The notes beneath the pieces are model-generated. The model ran no database searches. It was not told the DNA's origin and saw only the letters and a program-made list of their open reading frames with translations. DNA of 58,986 nt, filler included, from Thelocarpon superellum (lineage: Eukaryota), in the NCBI GenBank assembly GCA_026025795.1. It is 2 parts of 2 records of this genome, joined end to end, with 100 filler letters (N's around TTAATTAATTAA, not from the genome) between each part and the next. Parts side by side here need not be neighbours in the genome. Positions count along the whole stretch, not along the records: positions 1 to 29,460 come from JAPEUG010000221.1; 1 more part is not named here. One strand, given 5' to 3'. A program made the translations under genes and the position numbers. Of the stretch, positions 1-12,100 are shown piece after piece (the stretch's first letter is position 1; each line of letters begins with the position of its first letter).

Positions 1-18
1 TTGACCAGCATACCATAG

Positions 19-724
19 TTGTGTTCTTCAAGACGGCGCCACCGATCGTGCCGGTGGACTTCGTGCGGCGTATCGTGCTGGACGCGGCGGAGCGTCGCAG
101 CCAGGTGCAGACTCGTCACGTCAAGCGACTGACGCCCATGACCTTGATGGGCAAGGCTTTTGAGCGCGAGCTGGAGCTTCTGGCCCGCACGATACTGGGT
201 CCGCATTTCCATGAGGCGGGCCTGGCGCCCAAAAAGGTATGACCTGACCGAGACCAGTGGACGAGCATCGAGAGGCGCGGACGTGGCTGACGGTGGCGCG
301 GATGGCGGATGGCGGATGGCCACAGTTTGCCATTCGCCCTACCATCCGCAAGCACAATGTCCTGACGCGGGACGTGGTGATTCAAAAGGTCGCGGAGGTG
401 GTGGGGCCGGGTCATTCGGTGGACCTGACGCACTACGATGTGTTGATCTTGGTGGAGGTCTACAAGGTCTGGATCGCGGTCCCGGGCTAAGAGTTTGCGC
501 GGCGGTGGGCTGACGAAAATGATAAGAACATCTGCGGCATTAGCGTCGTGGGAGGCGACTTTGATGTGCTCAAGAGGTACAATCTGGCCGAGCTCTCTCA
601 TCCAACAGCGACGGTCCACGCCGCGCCGGCCGGGCAGACCCCGCCTCCAGCAGAGGCGACGACAAACAAGGACCCATCCGAGCCCACGCCGACGTCCGAC
701 CGAGACCGAGGCCAGCTAGCGTGA
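19..724 (+). CDS. TAN1: THUMP domain protein (Tan1-like tRNA acetylation adaptor), 5'-partial
   Basis: Exons 19-236, 326-466 and 527-724 (GTATGA..CAG; GTCTGG..AAG) join to give ...VKRLTPMT...KK|FAIRPTIRKHN...VDLTHYDVLILVEVYK|NICGISVVGGDFDVLKRYNLAEL, the typical THUMP C-terminus. The start lies upstream of the window. Confidence 0.85.
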
Positions 725-1667
725 AGGACGGCATGACTACATGGAGCGTCGACGAGCATCTAGGCTTTTCCACTCGGCCTGTCTGATGTGGTCGATGTAG
801 CCGATGTGGCCGACGCAGCGGCCAGGCGCGTAGCAGTGCGCAGGTGTGGTGTTGGAGCAGCGAGCACAAAACGAGATCTGGAGTAGAGAGATTGGACACG
901 GGTGTGAGCCACCGAAGTGGGCGGGACTGTCCGCCACGCCCGACGAATGGTCCCGCGGTCTCGCTTGCTCATGGCTCTCATTGGCGCACGAGACGAGTCC
1001 CGCTCCGTTTCGCTTCGCGTGAAGGGCTGGTGCTTCACCTTACGCGAAAACTCTCCACGATTGGATGGCGACACCGACGGCGGCACGCCAATCGCCGCTC
1101 CGGGATCCTCCTCGCCTCTGCCTCGCCTCCTGCCTCGCTCGCTCGCTGCCACTTGATACTCAAATGGGCCTCCAGGTTCCCGGGTCTCGTCTCGCCCGTC
1201 GGCTTGCTCCGGCTTGACCGTCCCGGAGGCTTTGAGCGACTGGGTGAACCGAGGACGAGGGCTCGGGTAGCGAAGCGAAGCACATGCCACCACGGATGCA
1301 CATCCACCGCTGTGCAGTGCAGCAAGGCATAAGGATGTTGTCGCCCGGGCATGGCCGAGCGACGGCCTGCTCGTATTCGAGTGAGTGTGTCGGTATGGGT
1401 GGGGAGGGAGGATCTACCGTACTTAACATCTGGTCCTCCACTGGGACGCGGAGATGTGGCTGTGGCTTCATCTTGCAATCTCCGTCTCGCGCACCTCCAC
1501 GCTCCATCGATATCTCGCTCGTGTTATGACAAATGGATGTGATTGAGCATCAATAATGGATGAAGGAGGCTTTCCGTGACGACACCTCCCCTCCCAACTT
1601 CTCGTCTCCGTATTGCTCCGCCTCTCCCTTCACTTTCTCATCTGAGGAAGCCGCTCCATTCTAAAAC

Positions 1668-3251
1668 ATGCATCTACCCGCGCTGCATGACTTTCCCTCG
1701 GCCGCGTATGAGCCCATGCTATCGAGTATGGCATCGCCACGAGGATCATCATACATGTCCACACCGACATCTCGATCCGCCTTCGCCTCCATCTCCACTC
1801 CCCGGTCCACCTCCCGGTCTGCTCTCCCGCCCGCCCCTGCCCCCTTCCGACTGGACGCCGCGGCCTTGATGCAGTTACTGCGACAGATCGTTCAGCCGGA
1901 CGTGACGCTTCAAGCGACGCAGGATATCTCGGCGCCGACGGGGTTGGAGACGCTATACCTCTTGACGCTGTCGTCGGGAGGGGAGCCACATGGGGCAAGG
2001 AACCTGGATGCCGGCGCCAGGCTGTCGGACGACTACGAGCAGCTCGTGCTCAAGCTGCCTCCAGAGCCGGACACGCGACTCCTTCGCCACGAGCAGGACC
2101 CACTGCACGTGTCGTTGCGGCTCCACCAGCATGTCGAAGCGACGCTGGTGAGCCGGGCCGACCATCTGCCTTTCTCTATCCCGCTGCTGCTTGCGCACGA
2201 TCTTTCCCCGCGCACGCTGGGCACGCCCTTCCTGCTGACGACGTACGTGGCGGGGCGCAGCGTGGCGTCGTTGCCGCCGTCGTTCTTCTCGGCGCGAGCT
2301 TGGCCTGCCTTTACCTCGGCCGTTCCTGCCCCTGCGTCGAACCCGCCGGTCTTCTTCCCTGGGCCGCATCCGGCAAGTCCGGTGGCGGCGGGGGCGGTCT
2401 TCGGCCCGCTGCTCTCGACGGCCCCGTGGAGGAGTCCTGGCGGAGCGTGGAGACCTACCTTTCAACTCCTCATGGAGGCCATCCTCCGTGACGGCGAGGA
2501 CATGTTGATTTCGTTGCCCTACGAGCGTATCAGAGACTGTGTGGGGCGTTTGTTGCATCATCTTGATGACGACGACGACGATTACGTGAGAGACGACGAG
2601 ATCAACGACCGGCGGGAGGGGACCGGGACAGGAAACGAGAATGGGAGGGAAACCGGGAACCGCACCGCCCGGCCAAGCCTGATCCTCCTGAGTGCGTTGT
2701 CAGACGAGCCCAATCTGATCCTGGTATCGAAGGAGGACGAGCCTCGGACGCGATGGGGGCTGAGGTCTCTGACTGGTGGCGCTATCTGGGGTGATGCGTT
2801 GATGGGGAGGGTGTTTTCGCCCGACAATGGAAGCGGAGCCGTCGCCATGTCGATGTCATCGCCTGACATCTCGACGTCGGGAGGAGTCCCTGGAGGAGAG
2901 GAATGGACAGCCGAAACGACACGAGTCCGTTTACTGCTGTGAGTCTCATCCTCCCCTACTTGACAAGGAAAGGAGGTGGCAAAAGGGAGATGGCTGACAG
3001 TGGACCAATGGTGCAGGTATGCCATGTATGCAAGCACGATCCGAATCGTAGAATCAACCTATCGGCCGGCTCCATCGCCGATCCCCACTGCTACGACTGT
3101 CAATCCCGATATCTCCCTTGACGCCGATGTGAGACCGTCGTATCTATCAACCGGTGGAGGAGAAGGAGGAGGCGGATGCGACAAAGAATACGCAGCGCGC
3201 CGTGAACTGACGCGCGTGCTGGAGAGACTGGAGGGATACGGCGCCGCTTGA
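1668..3251 (+). CDS. Aminoglycoside phosphotransferase/kinase-like fold protein, probably catalytically degenerate
   Basis: Exons 1668-2938 and 3017-3251 (intron GTGAGT..GCTGAC..CAG). Motifs LVLKLPP..RLLRHE, P.LLAHD...LGTPFLLTTYVAG, W..TF..LMEAILRDGEDMLISLPYERIR and the C-terminal AARRELT..L..L match a fungal APH-like family. Confidence 0.65.
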
Positions 3252-3371
3252 CATGACCTGACGAGTCACATCTCGTACGTGACACGGTTATCATGAGGAC
3301 GGTGGTAGTCCAGTTAATACCAGGGTAGGTAGCCGGACATGTCGCCCATCAACATATACCTACAAAACCCT

Positions 3372-3887
3372 TTACTCCTCTGCCACTCCACCTTCTCCGA
3401 TGTCATTGTCATTGTCGTTGTCATCATCCACGTCAGCAAACCCAGCATCTATCAACTGCCGTTTGATGTCCAGCTCTTCTGCGCCGAGTGCGCCGTCTAA
3501 CGATGCCCCGACCATGCCCGCTATATCGCTCATGTCGACCATGGCTTCCTGCGCGGCGCGAGCGGCGGCTGTGGCTCGTTGGTTGGTGCTTGCGTCGAAA
3601 TCTGCGGTCTCGTTTCCATTCCCCCCGTCATCGTCATCTTCGTCATCATTCTCGTCGTCGTTGGTCGCGTCACCCATCACGGCGTCTACCCCTCGTTCAT
3701 GTCCTGCCGCCGGGGAAATCCTCGCCCCGGATGGCGGTGGCGGCGGCAGCACCTGGTGTAAAGGCTCGTCACGGCCTTCGAGAAGGGCCTGGTAGTTCGT
3801 ATGGTGGATCGCTTGTGGTGCCGAGGCGGTGCTGAAGGGGTTGTTGGGCACATCGAACGTCACGTCGTCTGTTCCTTTGTCGTCGTT

Positions 3888-3920
<33 letters not shown>

Positions 3921-5341
3921 CTCGTCGTCGTCGTCGTCGCCGTGGCCCGGGTGGTAGTGCGGTAAGTGGTGTTGCACGTCTTCCATAATTTGGGGATCTA
4001 GCGGCAAGTCGCCGTAGCCGGGCAGTGTCGGCATGTTGCCGAGCGTCGTGGGCAGTGGTATGTCCTGTGGAGGGAGCTGTGCAGCTTGTGATGAGAGGTG
4101 CCGTGGAGACGATTGTGCCGCTGACGTTCTATTCTCGCCCTCCAGCCTCTGCGTCGGCAGGCTCAACACCCGCCCCGCCGCACTGACGCCGCCTTGGCCC
4201 GCAATCACCTCCGAGGCGCGCATAGTCGGCGGCGCGTCCGCACGCACGACGGGCGCCTTGCCCATCTCCTTGCACTCGGTGCAGTTGCGGATGACCAGGC
4301 TGACCGTCTCCTTGATGCGTACCCAGTGATGCTTCTCGGCAATGGCCGCCGTGGTCTTGTTGATGCCTCCATGCTGCTGCATGTGCACGGACCGCGCAAT
4401 CTCATACTGCCGCTGCGGGTCCGACACCACTTCCTTCTTCTTCAGCATCAGCCGGTCGTCCTCCGTCAGCTTGTAGTGCGTCGCTGCGCTCCGCAGCCGG
4501 CTCTTCTCCGCCCGGTCGGCCCCGTTCGGGTACTTGCCGTGCTTGAGGTAGAACTTGATCTTGTCGAACCTCTCTTCGCTGACGAAATCTTCGCCGTCCG
4601 GCCCCAAGTCGCGGCCGTAGATGATGGCGTCGATGAGTTGGTCCGGGTAGGACTTGAGCTGTCCACATCCCTTGACCCGTCCAATCCGCTTGAATCCAAG
4701 CGCATCCCAGATCCGACACGACGCCACGTTCGTCTCGTAGACCAGATTGAACACCGAGTAGCTGAATCCCTGTCCGTCCAGGTGAGTGACGCAGTCTGTC
4801 GCCCGGTGACGCGGGCGCATACCAGGATCGGCGCCCACTCCAGATACCCCTCACCCATCAGCCGGCCGACGCCTCGATTGCGCGCCGCGTCACACACCAG
4901 AAATCCACCGTTGCACACGTGGCTGCTGCGGCCGGGATAGTTCGGCTTGACGTAGAAGCTGCCCAGGCACTCGGTCCCCCAGTCCTTGCCCTCCACTACA
5001 TCCTCTGCTCGGTCGACCTGGCCCAGCAACATGACCGCGCCGAAATTCGAAAACCAATACGCGCCAAACGCAGCCGGAGACATGGGCTCGATCATCGGGT
5101 AGGTATCCCCCTTTTCGATCTCGCGGTTCAGCTGGTCACAGAGATATGCAAGGAGCGACGCAGGAAGTTGCGTGTACGATGAAAACGGAACAAGCGTGGC
5201 AATGGTCACCCGATCACGCAACGTCACTTGACGGGGAAAGATGGTTGCGGGGAGATGCGGATCGTTGGGCGTGGGGAAAGGCGCGTCCCCACTGGTGCGA
5301 TAGATGGTCGGCCGAGCCGGATCATCCAGCATCGCCGGCAT
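3372..5341 (-). CDS. SPT10: Spt10-like GNAT acetyltransferase with H2C2 (integrase-like) zinc-binding domain and acidic tail
   Basis: Exons 5341-4823 and 4769-3372. GNAT motifs YVKPNYPGRSSHVCNGGF and RNRGVGRLMG, followed by HxxxHGGINKTTAAIAEKHHW.RIKETVS.VIRNCxxC. Confidence 0.85.
3880..3939 (-). repeat. (GAC)n trinucleotide microsatellite encoding a poly-Asp tract in the Spt10-like protein
   Basis: Visible (tcg)n run on the + strand; translates to DDDDEDDDDDDDDDDDNDD. Confidence 0.9.
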
Positions 5342-5860
5342 GACCACGGGGAGTGCCCGCGTTCATACGCGGATCTCTCCGCGCAAGGTTGCGATGCGAA
5401 GCACTCCGCCGTGGGTTGTGGGATGGTGGCCTCGCCGTCGACACTTTTCCTGTGGGAATGCGTGGGGGGACGCCGTCCTCGTCAATACTCTTCCCAATTA
5501 GTCCTGGACTCCACTCGTGCGGCCAGTAGTGACGCGGGACCCTGCGCCTGCTGACGGCTGGCGACTGGCGGCCGGGGGCGGTATGAAGGATGCTCGGACG
5601 TGGGATGGAGGATGCTGAGTGATGAGGAGCTCACGCGCTCTACGAAGTCTGAGTCTTGATGACTGCTTACTAAGAACGGGCTGCTCGAGCGAGGAGCCAA
5701 GAGGCACCCCTCGTCATGTGACTGGCATCTTATTGGCCAAGGTGCACAAGCAGCGCATGGATGGATCTGTCGTAGAGACGGGTGCAACATGTAGAGACTC
5801 GTAGGTCGGTGAATTGCAGGGCATTGATCTATGGTCTACGTTATCAATCTAAGGTCCGGG

Positions 5861-6892
5861 CTAGGCGCGCTGGTTCCGATCCACCCATTCTCTCCATGCC
5901 AGCCATTCCGAATAGGTCATGGACTCCTTCTTGCCTTGGTATCGAACCACCTCGAGGTCACCCACTCGATCCCAGTCATCTTTCCCCCCGTCCCAACCTG
6001 CTTTGCGCATCAGACTGACCAGCGTCTCCTCCTTGCTCCATCCCTGCTCCACCGCCACGTCCGGCAGATAGGTAGCCCCATATCGCCTGGCGCGGTGGTG
6101 GAATGAGATGCGTAAGCCATGGGTACCAAGGTCCCACGACGTGGGCGTCGCCGCATGCTCAAAGTCCGTCAAGAGCGTGACGCTAGCGCATGGTCAGCCA
6201 TGTCAACCTGACCGTGGAATACTCAGTCCTCACCCAACTTCCAGATGTGGCAGCTCTTGTCTGGTGATGGGAGCGAAGCGTGAGTCCGAAAAGGCTCTGG
6301 CAGAAACACTCGGTCAGTCTGTGCACTCACCCCGCCACCAATGCCTCTCGTACGAGATACTGGTGCTGTTCACGGGCTCTCACGATGTCAAGGCATAGCT
6401 TCGTAGGCCATCGCCGACCTCCTGTGCCTCGAACGTGCCAATGCAGCCGCGAAGGGACTTGCTGCCACTCCGGTTGATGGTGTTCCAAGTCACGAACAGA
6501 GGCCGGACCTGGTCGGGCACCGTTGGCGGCGTCTGGGACGTGCGGCCCAAAGAGACGGATGAGGAGGTGGAGGAGTTGGCTGATGAGTCAGGCGCGGAGA
6601 GAGGGGTATGGCCAGACGAGCTGGCCGGCGTGGAGGACGATGAAGCTGACGACGCCCGTGGAGCCATGAGATGTTCGAAGCCAGTGCGTGGCTTGCCCGA
6701 TGTTGGGAGGGCCAGATCTTGGCCTTCAATCTCCGCCTCTTCCCCGTGCCCTGGCTCGGCTTCACGCATCTCACGCGGGGCATTGTATTGCTCCCACAGC
6801 TCTTGCACTCGTTGCAGCTTCAACGGCGTCCGATGTTCCAAACTGCTCGATAAGGTGTCGAAGCAGTATAGACAGTGCGCCTTGGTAGCCAT
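5861..6892 (-). CDS. AMMECR1 family protein
   Basis: Starts MATKAHCLYCFDTL; contains PLFVTWN and the signature LRGCIGTF, then SAFSDSRFAPIT (small middle exon around 6234-6296), ATYLPDVAVEQGW and L.VVRYQG. Two GT-AG introns. Confidence 0.9.
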
Positions 6893-8101
6893 CCTGTCCT
6901 CGGCTAGTACGATGAGCGCTGCGGAGCGATGTTCACTGGATGGATTAGAGGCCTGGGGCGGAGCGGGCAGCACTGTCGTAAGTGGAACGAAAGTCACGCG
7001 AGCAGTAAGTGGATAGTGATCGAATCATCTCACACTCGGCGCAGATATTGAAGATTCTCCCATCACCTCGACGGAGCCGCCGAGAACATCATCATCGGCA
7101 ACCATGGGCTTCAGCCTTGCGTAAGACAGATTTCATGCCGCGTCGCCCGAGTCTGATGACATTGACGGGTGACGAGATAAGTTAGTAAGCGACGCCGGAG
7201 GCGGATCCCAGGGGGACGAGAAGATTCGGACAAGCTCCGGACTCGCCCCTTCATCTACCGATGACTACCGGCGGGCCAGGACAAAATGCACGGACGCTCT
7301 GGGTGAACCTTCCCATGCCACTGCGCAGATACGGGGATCGAATGGGTCAAACTTGGGGTGATCGGACAAGATTGCCGGCGGAAGAGCGCGTGGCTGTGAG
7401 TGGAGGTCGGAAATGATGGTAGGGAGAGGCTCCGTACCGCGTTTCACCTGGGTCATCTCTCCCTAGCGATACCCAAAAGCACCCTGCTTAGCGTAGGCGG
7501 CACGCAGCATGGCCAAAGCTCCCCGACTGTCGTGGAGATGGCCGACGATGTCGTTGGCACCTCCACTGTGCGGGGCACGCCCGTGCCTGCCCAGATCACT
7601 CGGGAGACCTACGCTTGTCGGGGGCTCCCTCATGTCTGCGAGAGACTGAGACGCTGGAGTGTCTCCGGCGAAAACGCGAACAAGGAAGCTTGCCGGGGAT
7701 TCCCCCAAGACTCTCGGGGACGGAGGCACTCATAGGCTTCCGTGGATGATGAGAGCGGGGCGCAGGGCGGGCGCCCCGGCGTGAGACTGAGCGTACACCA
7801 TGTTCAAGCAGAGGGTGTCTCGAAGCTGAAGCTTTCATCCTGATGTCAATTTCTGCTCGATACATAAGTCCAGCGGTCTCCGCGATGATGCGGTGGGACG
7901 CCAAACTACTCCAAACTCCGTCCAGCAGAATCTCCTCTTCCAGGTCGAAGCTCTGTTCTCCCGCCCTTGTCGCTGGTCGACGGCCGTTCCTTTCCACGCA
8001 TCCATCTTCATTGAGCAGATCGACACGGCCGTTCACGAATCAACGTTCTTCATTGAACAAATATTCAACCTTCCAGCCGTTCTCACCTTCCCGCGATCAG
8101 G

Positions 8102-8455
8102 ATGAAGTCTGTCCTGGCGCTCCTCCCTCTCTTCGCCGTCTCGGTGCTCTCCCGTCCCATCCGAGCGAGCAGTACGTCCCATGCACCCCAACCGTTCCCC
8201 TTCCCGCATCCCCTCTTCTGAGTTCGTAGCTGACCGACGTTTTCCGCCGCAGACGTCATCATCCAGCTCCGAGGAGATGATTCGATCCCCAGCATGACGG
8301 ACCAATCGGGCGATGTTGTCCCCTTTGACCCCGCCAAACTCACGCTCACCCTCTCCCGTCGCTCGGCGAGCCCGGGCGATACTAGCCCAACGATGAGCAA
8401 TGGGGGTGGGGACGTGGTGCCTTTCGATCCGTCCGAGCTGAGCGTCACCGACTAA
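8102..8455 (+). CDS. Small secreted repeat protein, 90 aa (candidate Kex2-processed peptide precursor); not in ORF track
   Basis: Exon 8102-8171, intron 8172-8252 (GTACGT..GCTGAC..CAG), exon 8253-8455. Translation: MKSVLALLPLFAVSVLSRPIRASNVIIQLRGDDSIPSMTDQSGDVVPFDPAKLTLTLSRRSASPGDTSPTMSNGGGDVVPFDPSELSVTD*. Confidence 0.8.
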
Positions 8456-9158
8456 GCTGTCGAGCCCCATGATGTTGGCATGTTGTGCCTCTGAACCCGG
8501 TGAGAGGACAGGTCGGGCGGCCACGCATTGAGGCGGCATTCCATCCTGCTCCTGGCCTATCTTGTTGCATGATGTCTGGTCGCAGACCGACAGATTCTAC
8601 GTAGCTCTCCGTACCCCGTATCCTGTATATACTCAACGCACAACCCGCTCAAAACTATCTCATGATTGCCGCCACCACGCTCCATCAAGTCCGGAATCAA
8701 GATGTATGAGCACGGCCGCTGGTCAATTCGGACGTCGACGTGGGATAATTGGGGAAATGTGATTTTATTGAGTCATCTAGTCATATTGGGAAGTGGATGT
8801 AAAAGTGAGAACCTAGCCATTGACCTTAGTCTGGTCGTTTCGGCATCCCATCAAGACGGGACGCAAGAAAGGTGACCGAGGGATCGGTTGGGGAGGCCGG
8901 TAATCAGGGCTTTCCCACTCTCGCCCCGAACCCTCCGCAGCTGGTCATCGTCATGTCATGATTGGTGTGAGTCTGGTGAACAGGATAGGAAAAGAGACTA
9001 CCGCCCCGGAGACTGTCTGGCTGACAAGGCCCCTCTTTCGTGGATCCGGGGAGCGGTAGACGTAGCCAGGGGGGGGAGGGGGGGGGGGGCGAGGAGAGCA
9101 CCGACGACCTCATGAAGAGTGCTCAAGTCCCGGTGCGTGCGACGGGCGGCAGGAGGTC

Positions 9159-12100
9159 TTAGACGAACCACATGGTCTCGTTGATGTTGGGTCCATTCGG
9201 TGCCACCGGCATGGGAAGGAGCGGGGAAGGCTCGGCGGCCGTTCCGGAGGAGTGGGTGGATGCGCCCGCTCCTTGCGAGGGCTTGCCCAGCTCCGGAGGG
9301 TCCTTCTCGTGAGGCTTGGCGCGATTCGACGCGAGATGCGCGTAGTACACGGCCGGGTCTAGACACGAATTAATCGGGGTAGGGACCCGTGATAGGGCGG
9401 GGCAGTGGACATACGAAGCGAAACGGACGTAGTGGAACGGATGTACGAGTAGCACTGCTCGTAGATCATCGAGTAAAGCTGGTTCTCCGTCAAACCGGCT
9501 TCGTCCATCAGGACGTGGTAGTGCACGGGACGAGCGGTGCCTTGCAGGGCCATATGTGCGCAAAGGTACGCGTCACGCTCGCGCGGATGAGTCACGTCGC
9601 GCTCCACGAGCGTGCCGGGCAGGGGGTTTCCGTTTTTGTCCGCTGCCATCCGATCGCCGGGCGTGGGGAAGAAGCGGATGTGGTGACGCTTGGATGCGAC
9701 GACCACAACCAGCTTCGGCTTCCAATCCGGGAACTTCTCCTGAAAGGCCAGGCGGATGTCGCGGACCTCCTGGTTGAGGACATGCGCGTACTGTCCCTCC
9801 GACACGCCGTCGCGGAAGTAGTAGACTGTCCACCCGCGGTCAGTGTGATCCATCTGGACGCAGCGTGCGGACATACCATGTTCCGGGAACTTGCGGCCGT
9901 TGACGTTCATGATCCAGCTCGTCACCAGCGGCATAATCATCTTCTTGATGTTGCTCGTCGTGATCATCTCCGTGCGGATGCCGTTGGTCTCGACCGCCGC
10001 GCCATAGCGCACGCCGATCCGATCGAGAGACACGGTCATGGCGGCCAAGGAGGCTTGCTCGGTCCCGGCCGCGCCGTGCGACACGTCGGCACCGATGACG
10101 ATGGTGGGCTTGGAGAAATGGCCCAGCAGCTTATCTTTACCTGCCACCCGGGCCGTGGTGCCGCCGAGCTTGGCGTTGACCTTCATACAGACGTTGGAGA
10201 GGTACTGCGGCTTCTTCTGGAACACCTGGGCGGCCTGCACGCATTGCGACACGACACCATAGCGACAGTCGCAGCTCCGCTTGATGCGCAGGTACAAGGG
10301 GGTATCTTTGCTCGGCAAGACGAAGAACAGCAGCTGCGGACGCTTGTTCGATTGATTGCCGGCCCCCTGATAGGTGACCTCGACCGCGTTGGCGGCATTT
10401 TCTCCGCCGGCCTCGATGACGAAGGGCTCCTTGTTCTCAACGCGGCCACCATGCCCGATGTAGGAATTGATCAAGGCCCGAAGGAAGTCACGCACGACGG
10501 CGGCCTGGATGTTGGCTTGGGGCCGGTGTTTCGAGGTAATGATGCACACGCCCCAGGCCTTGAGGGGCTCCGTGTTCGGCAGCAAAAACTTCTGGCCCTT
10601 GAGATCCCAGCGACCCGAGTAGGCCGGGGTGGCCTTGCCGGTGCCGCCGAACTGCACCGTTGGCGGTGGCAGGACGCGGGCTTTTGTCGTGACCATGTTC
10701 GTATCGATCTGCATGCCATAGTTGCGCAGGAACGGGTCGGCGGGCCAGTCGAGCAGGCCCAGGCCATGCTTGATATCTCGCTGACGGATCTCTGGGCGCG
10801 TCACGGCGAACTTGATCATCTCGGCCGTCTGGGTTTCGTCGAGCTTGTAGGGGTACTTCTGATTGGCAGAGACCCACAAGCACTCCATCGGCATCACCAC
10901 GCCTTTCTTGTTCGTCTGGACCAAGGGCATCTGCGGATACACAATGCGATAGTTGTGCGCGCGCAGGAAGTAGTCGAAGACGTTGGTCTCCGATTCGACC
11001 TTGGTCACGCGATCGCGCACCTTGAACTTGAAGTCCTTGGCGGTGGTGCGAATGACGGCTTCGATCTTGTACCGCTTGGCCTGGTTCTTCTCGTCCCCGT
11101 ATTTGGGCTGGACGTTGAGCTTCCGCATCCGCTTGAGTTCGCGCCATCCATAGGAAGACTCCATCCGGTGCCCGCCACCCTGGGTCAGGACCTTGACGTC
11201 TTTAATACGCTCCAGAAATTGCGCCAGGTCACCTAGTTGAGCCATGGTTAGCATGCCGTCTTGCGAGGACCGGCCGTCTGGGCGAGGGAGAGACGATACG
11301 TACGGGCACCCGTGAGCCATTGGGCCATGGACAAGACGGTGTTGGGGATCCAGAAGGTACCATTCGACACGTCGGCATTGACCGCGAGTCGGCCACCTTG
11401 GCATGCGCGGATCGTCTGGTAGATGCCCTTGAATGCCTCAACTCCCTTGCCAAGCGGGAAACGCTCGTAGCCATGGGCGAAGAAGGACTGACGAATCGCC
11501 GTTAGGTACGTCGAAGGGTGTTGGCGGAGCAGGTGATCCAGGAAGTTGATGGCCGACAGGATGCTTGAGTCAAAGGAAACTTGACCGGCCAGGTACGCCT
11601 TCAGGGCGGCCAGATGGACCACCGACGTCTTGCGGATGACAACCCGATGGATGTTCTCGCGCCCTTCGCGTGGGGTGATGCCTTCTTCGGCGTCCAGGTC
11701 GACCAGAAACACCTTCTGCTGCTGGAACTTGTCGTCGAGCGACCTAGATGGCAGTGAGCAACATGTCCGACACTCGAGTTTCGGCATGTGACTCACCAGG
11801 CGATCTTGTTGCCGTCGAAAATCCAGCTCTTGCCTGTTTGACCCGCCACAGTCTTGGAAGACCAGACCTTCTTGATGAGGGCACGACGTTCCGAGAGTCC
11901 CCCAATTTGGACCTAGATCAGATTTCGTTAGAATTTGCTTTTGAGATACACCGGGTACGACGAGGACCAAGTGCCTGGCAGGTGACTCACGTCGTACTGA
12001 TAGATGGTCTTGTCGGGGTACTTGAGGATGCTATAGGAGTTCAATTTGATAGCCACCTCGCGACCAAGCGTTGTGGTCACTTTGGGACGAGGCGGAAGAT

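Noticed and set aside
725..1667. Several overlapping 60-180 aa ORFs on both strands
   Set aside because: Arg/Pro/Ser-rich frames without splice or motif support; probably UTR and promoter DNA.
4265..4390. Integrase-like motif suggesting a retrotransposon
   Set aside because: It is part of the Spt10-like gene; no reverse transcriptase, DDE core or LTRs are present.
9389..11236. 615-aa + strand ORF antisense to Argonaute
   Set aside because: Shadow ORF caused by GC-rich codon bias on the opposite strand; no recognisable motifs.
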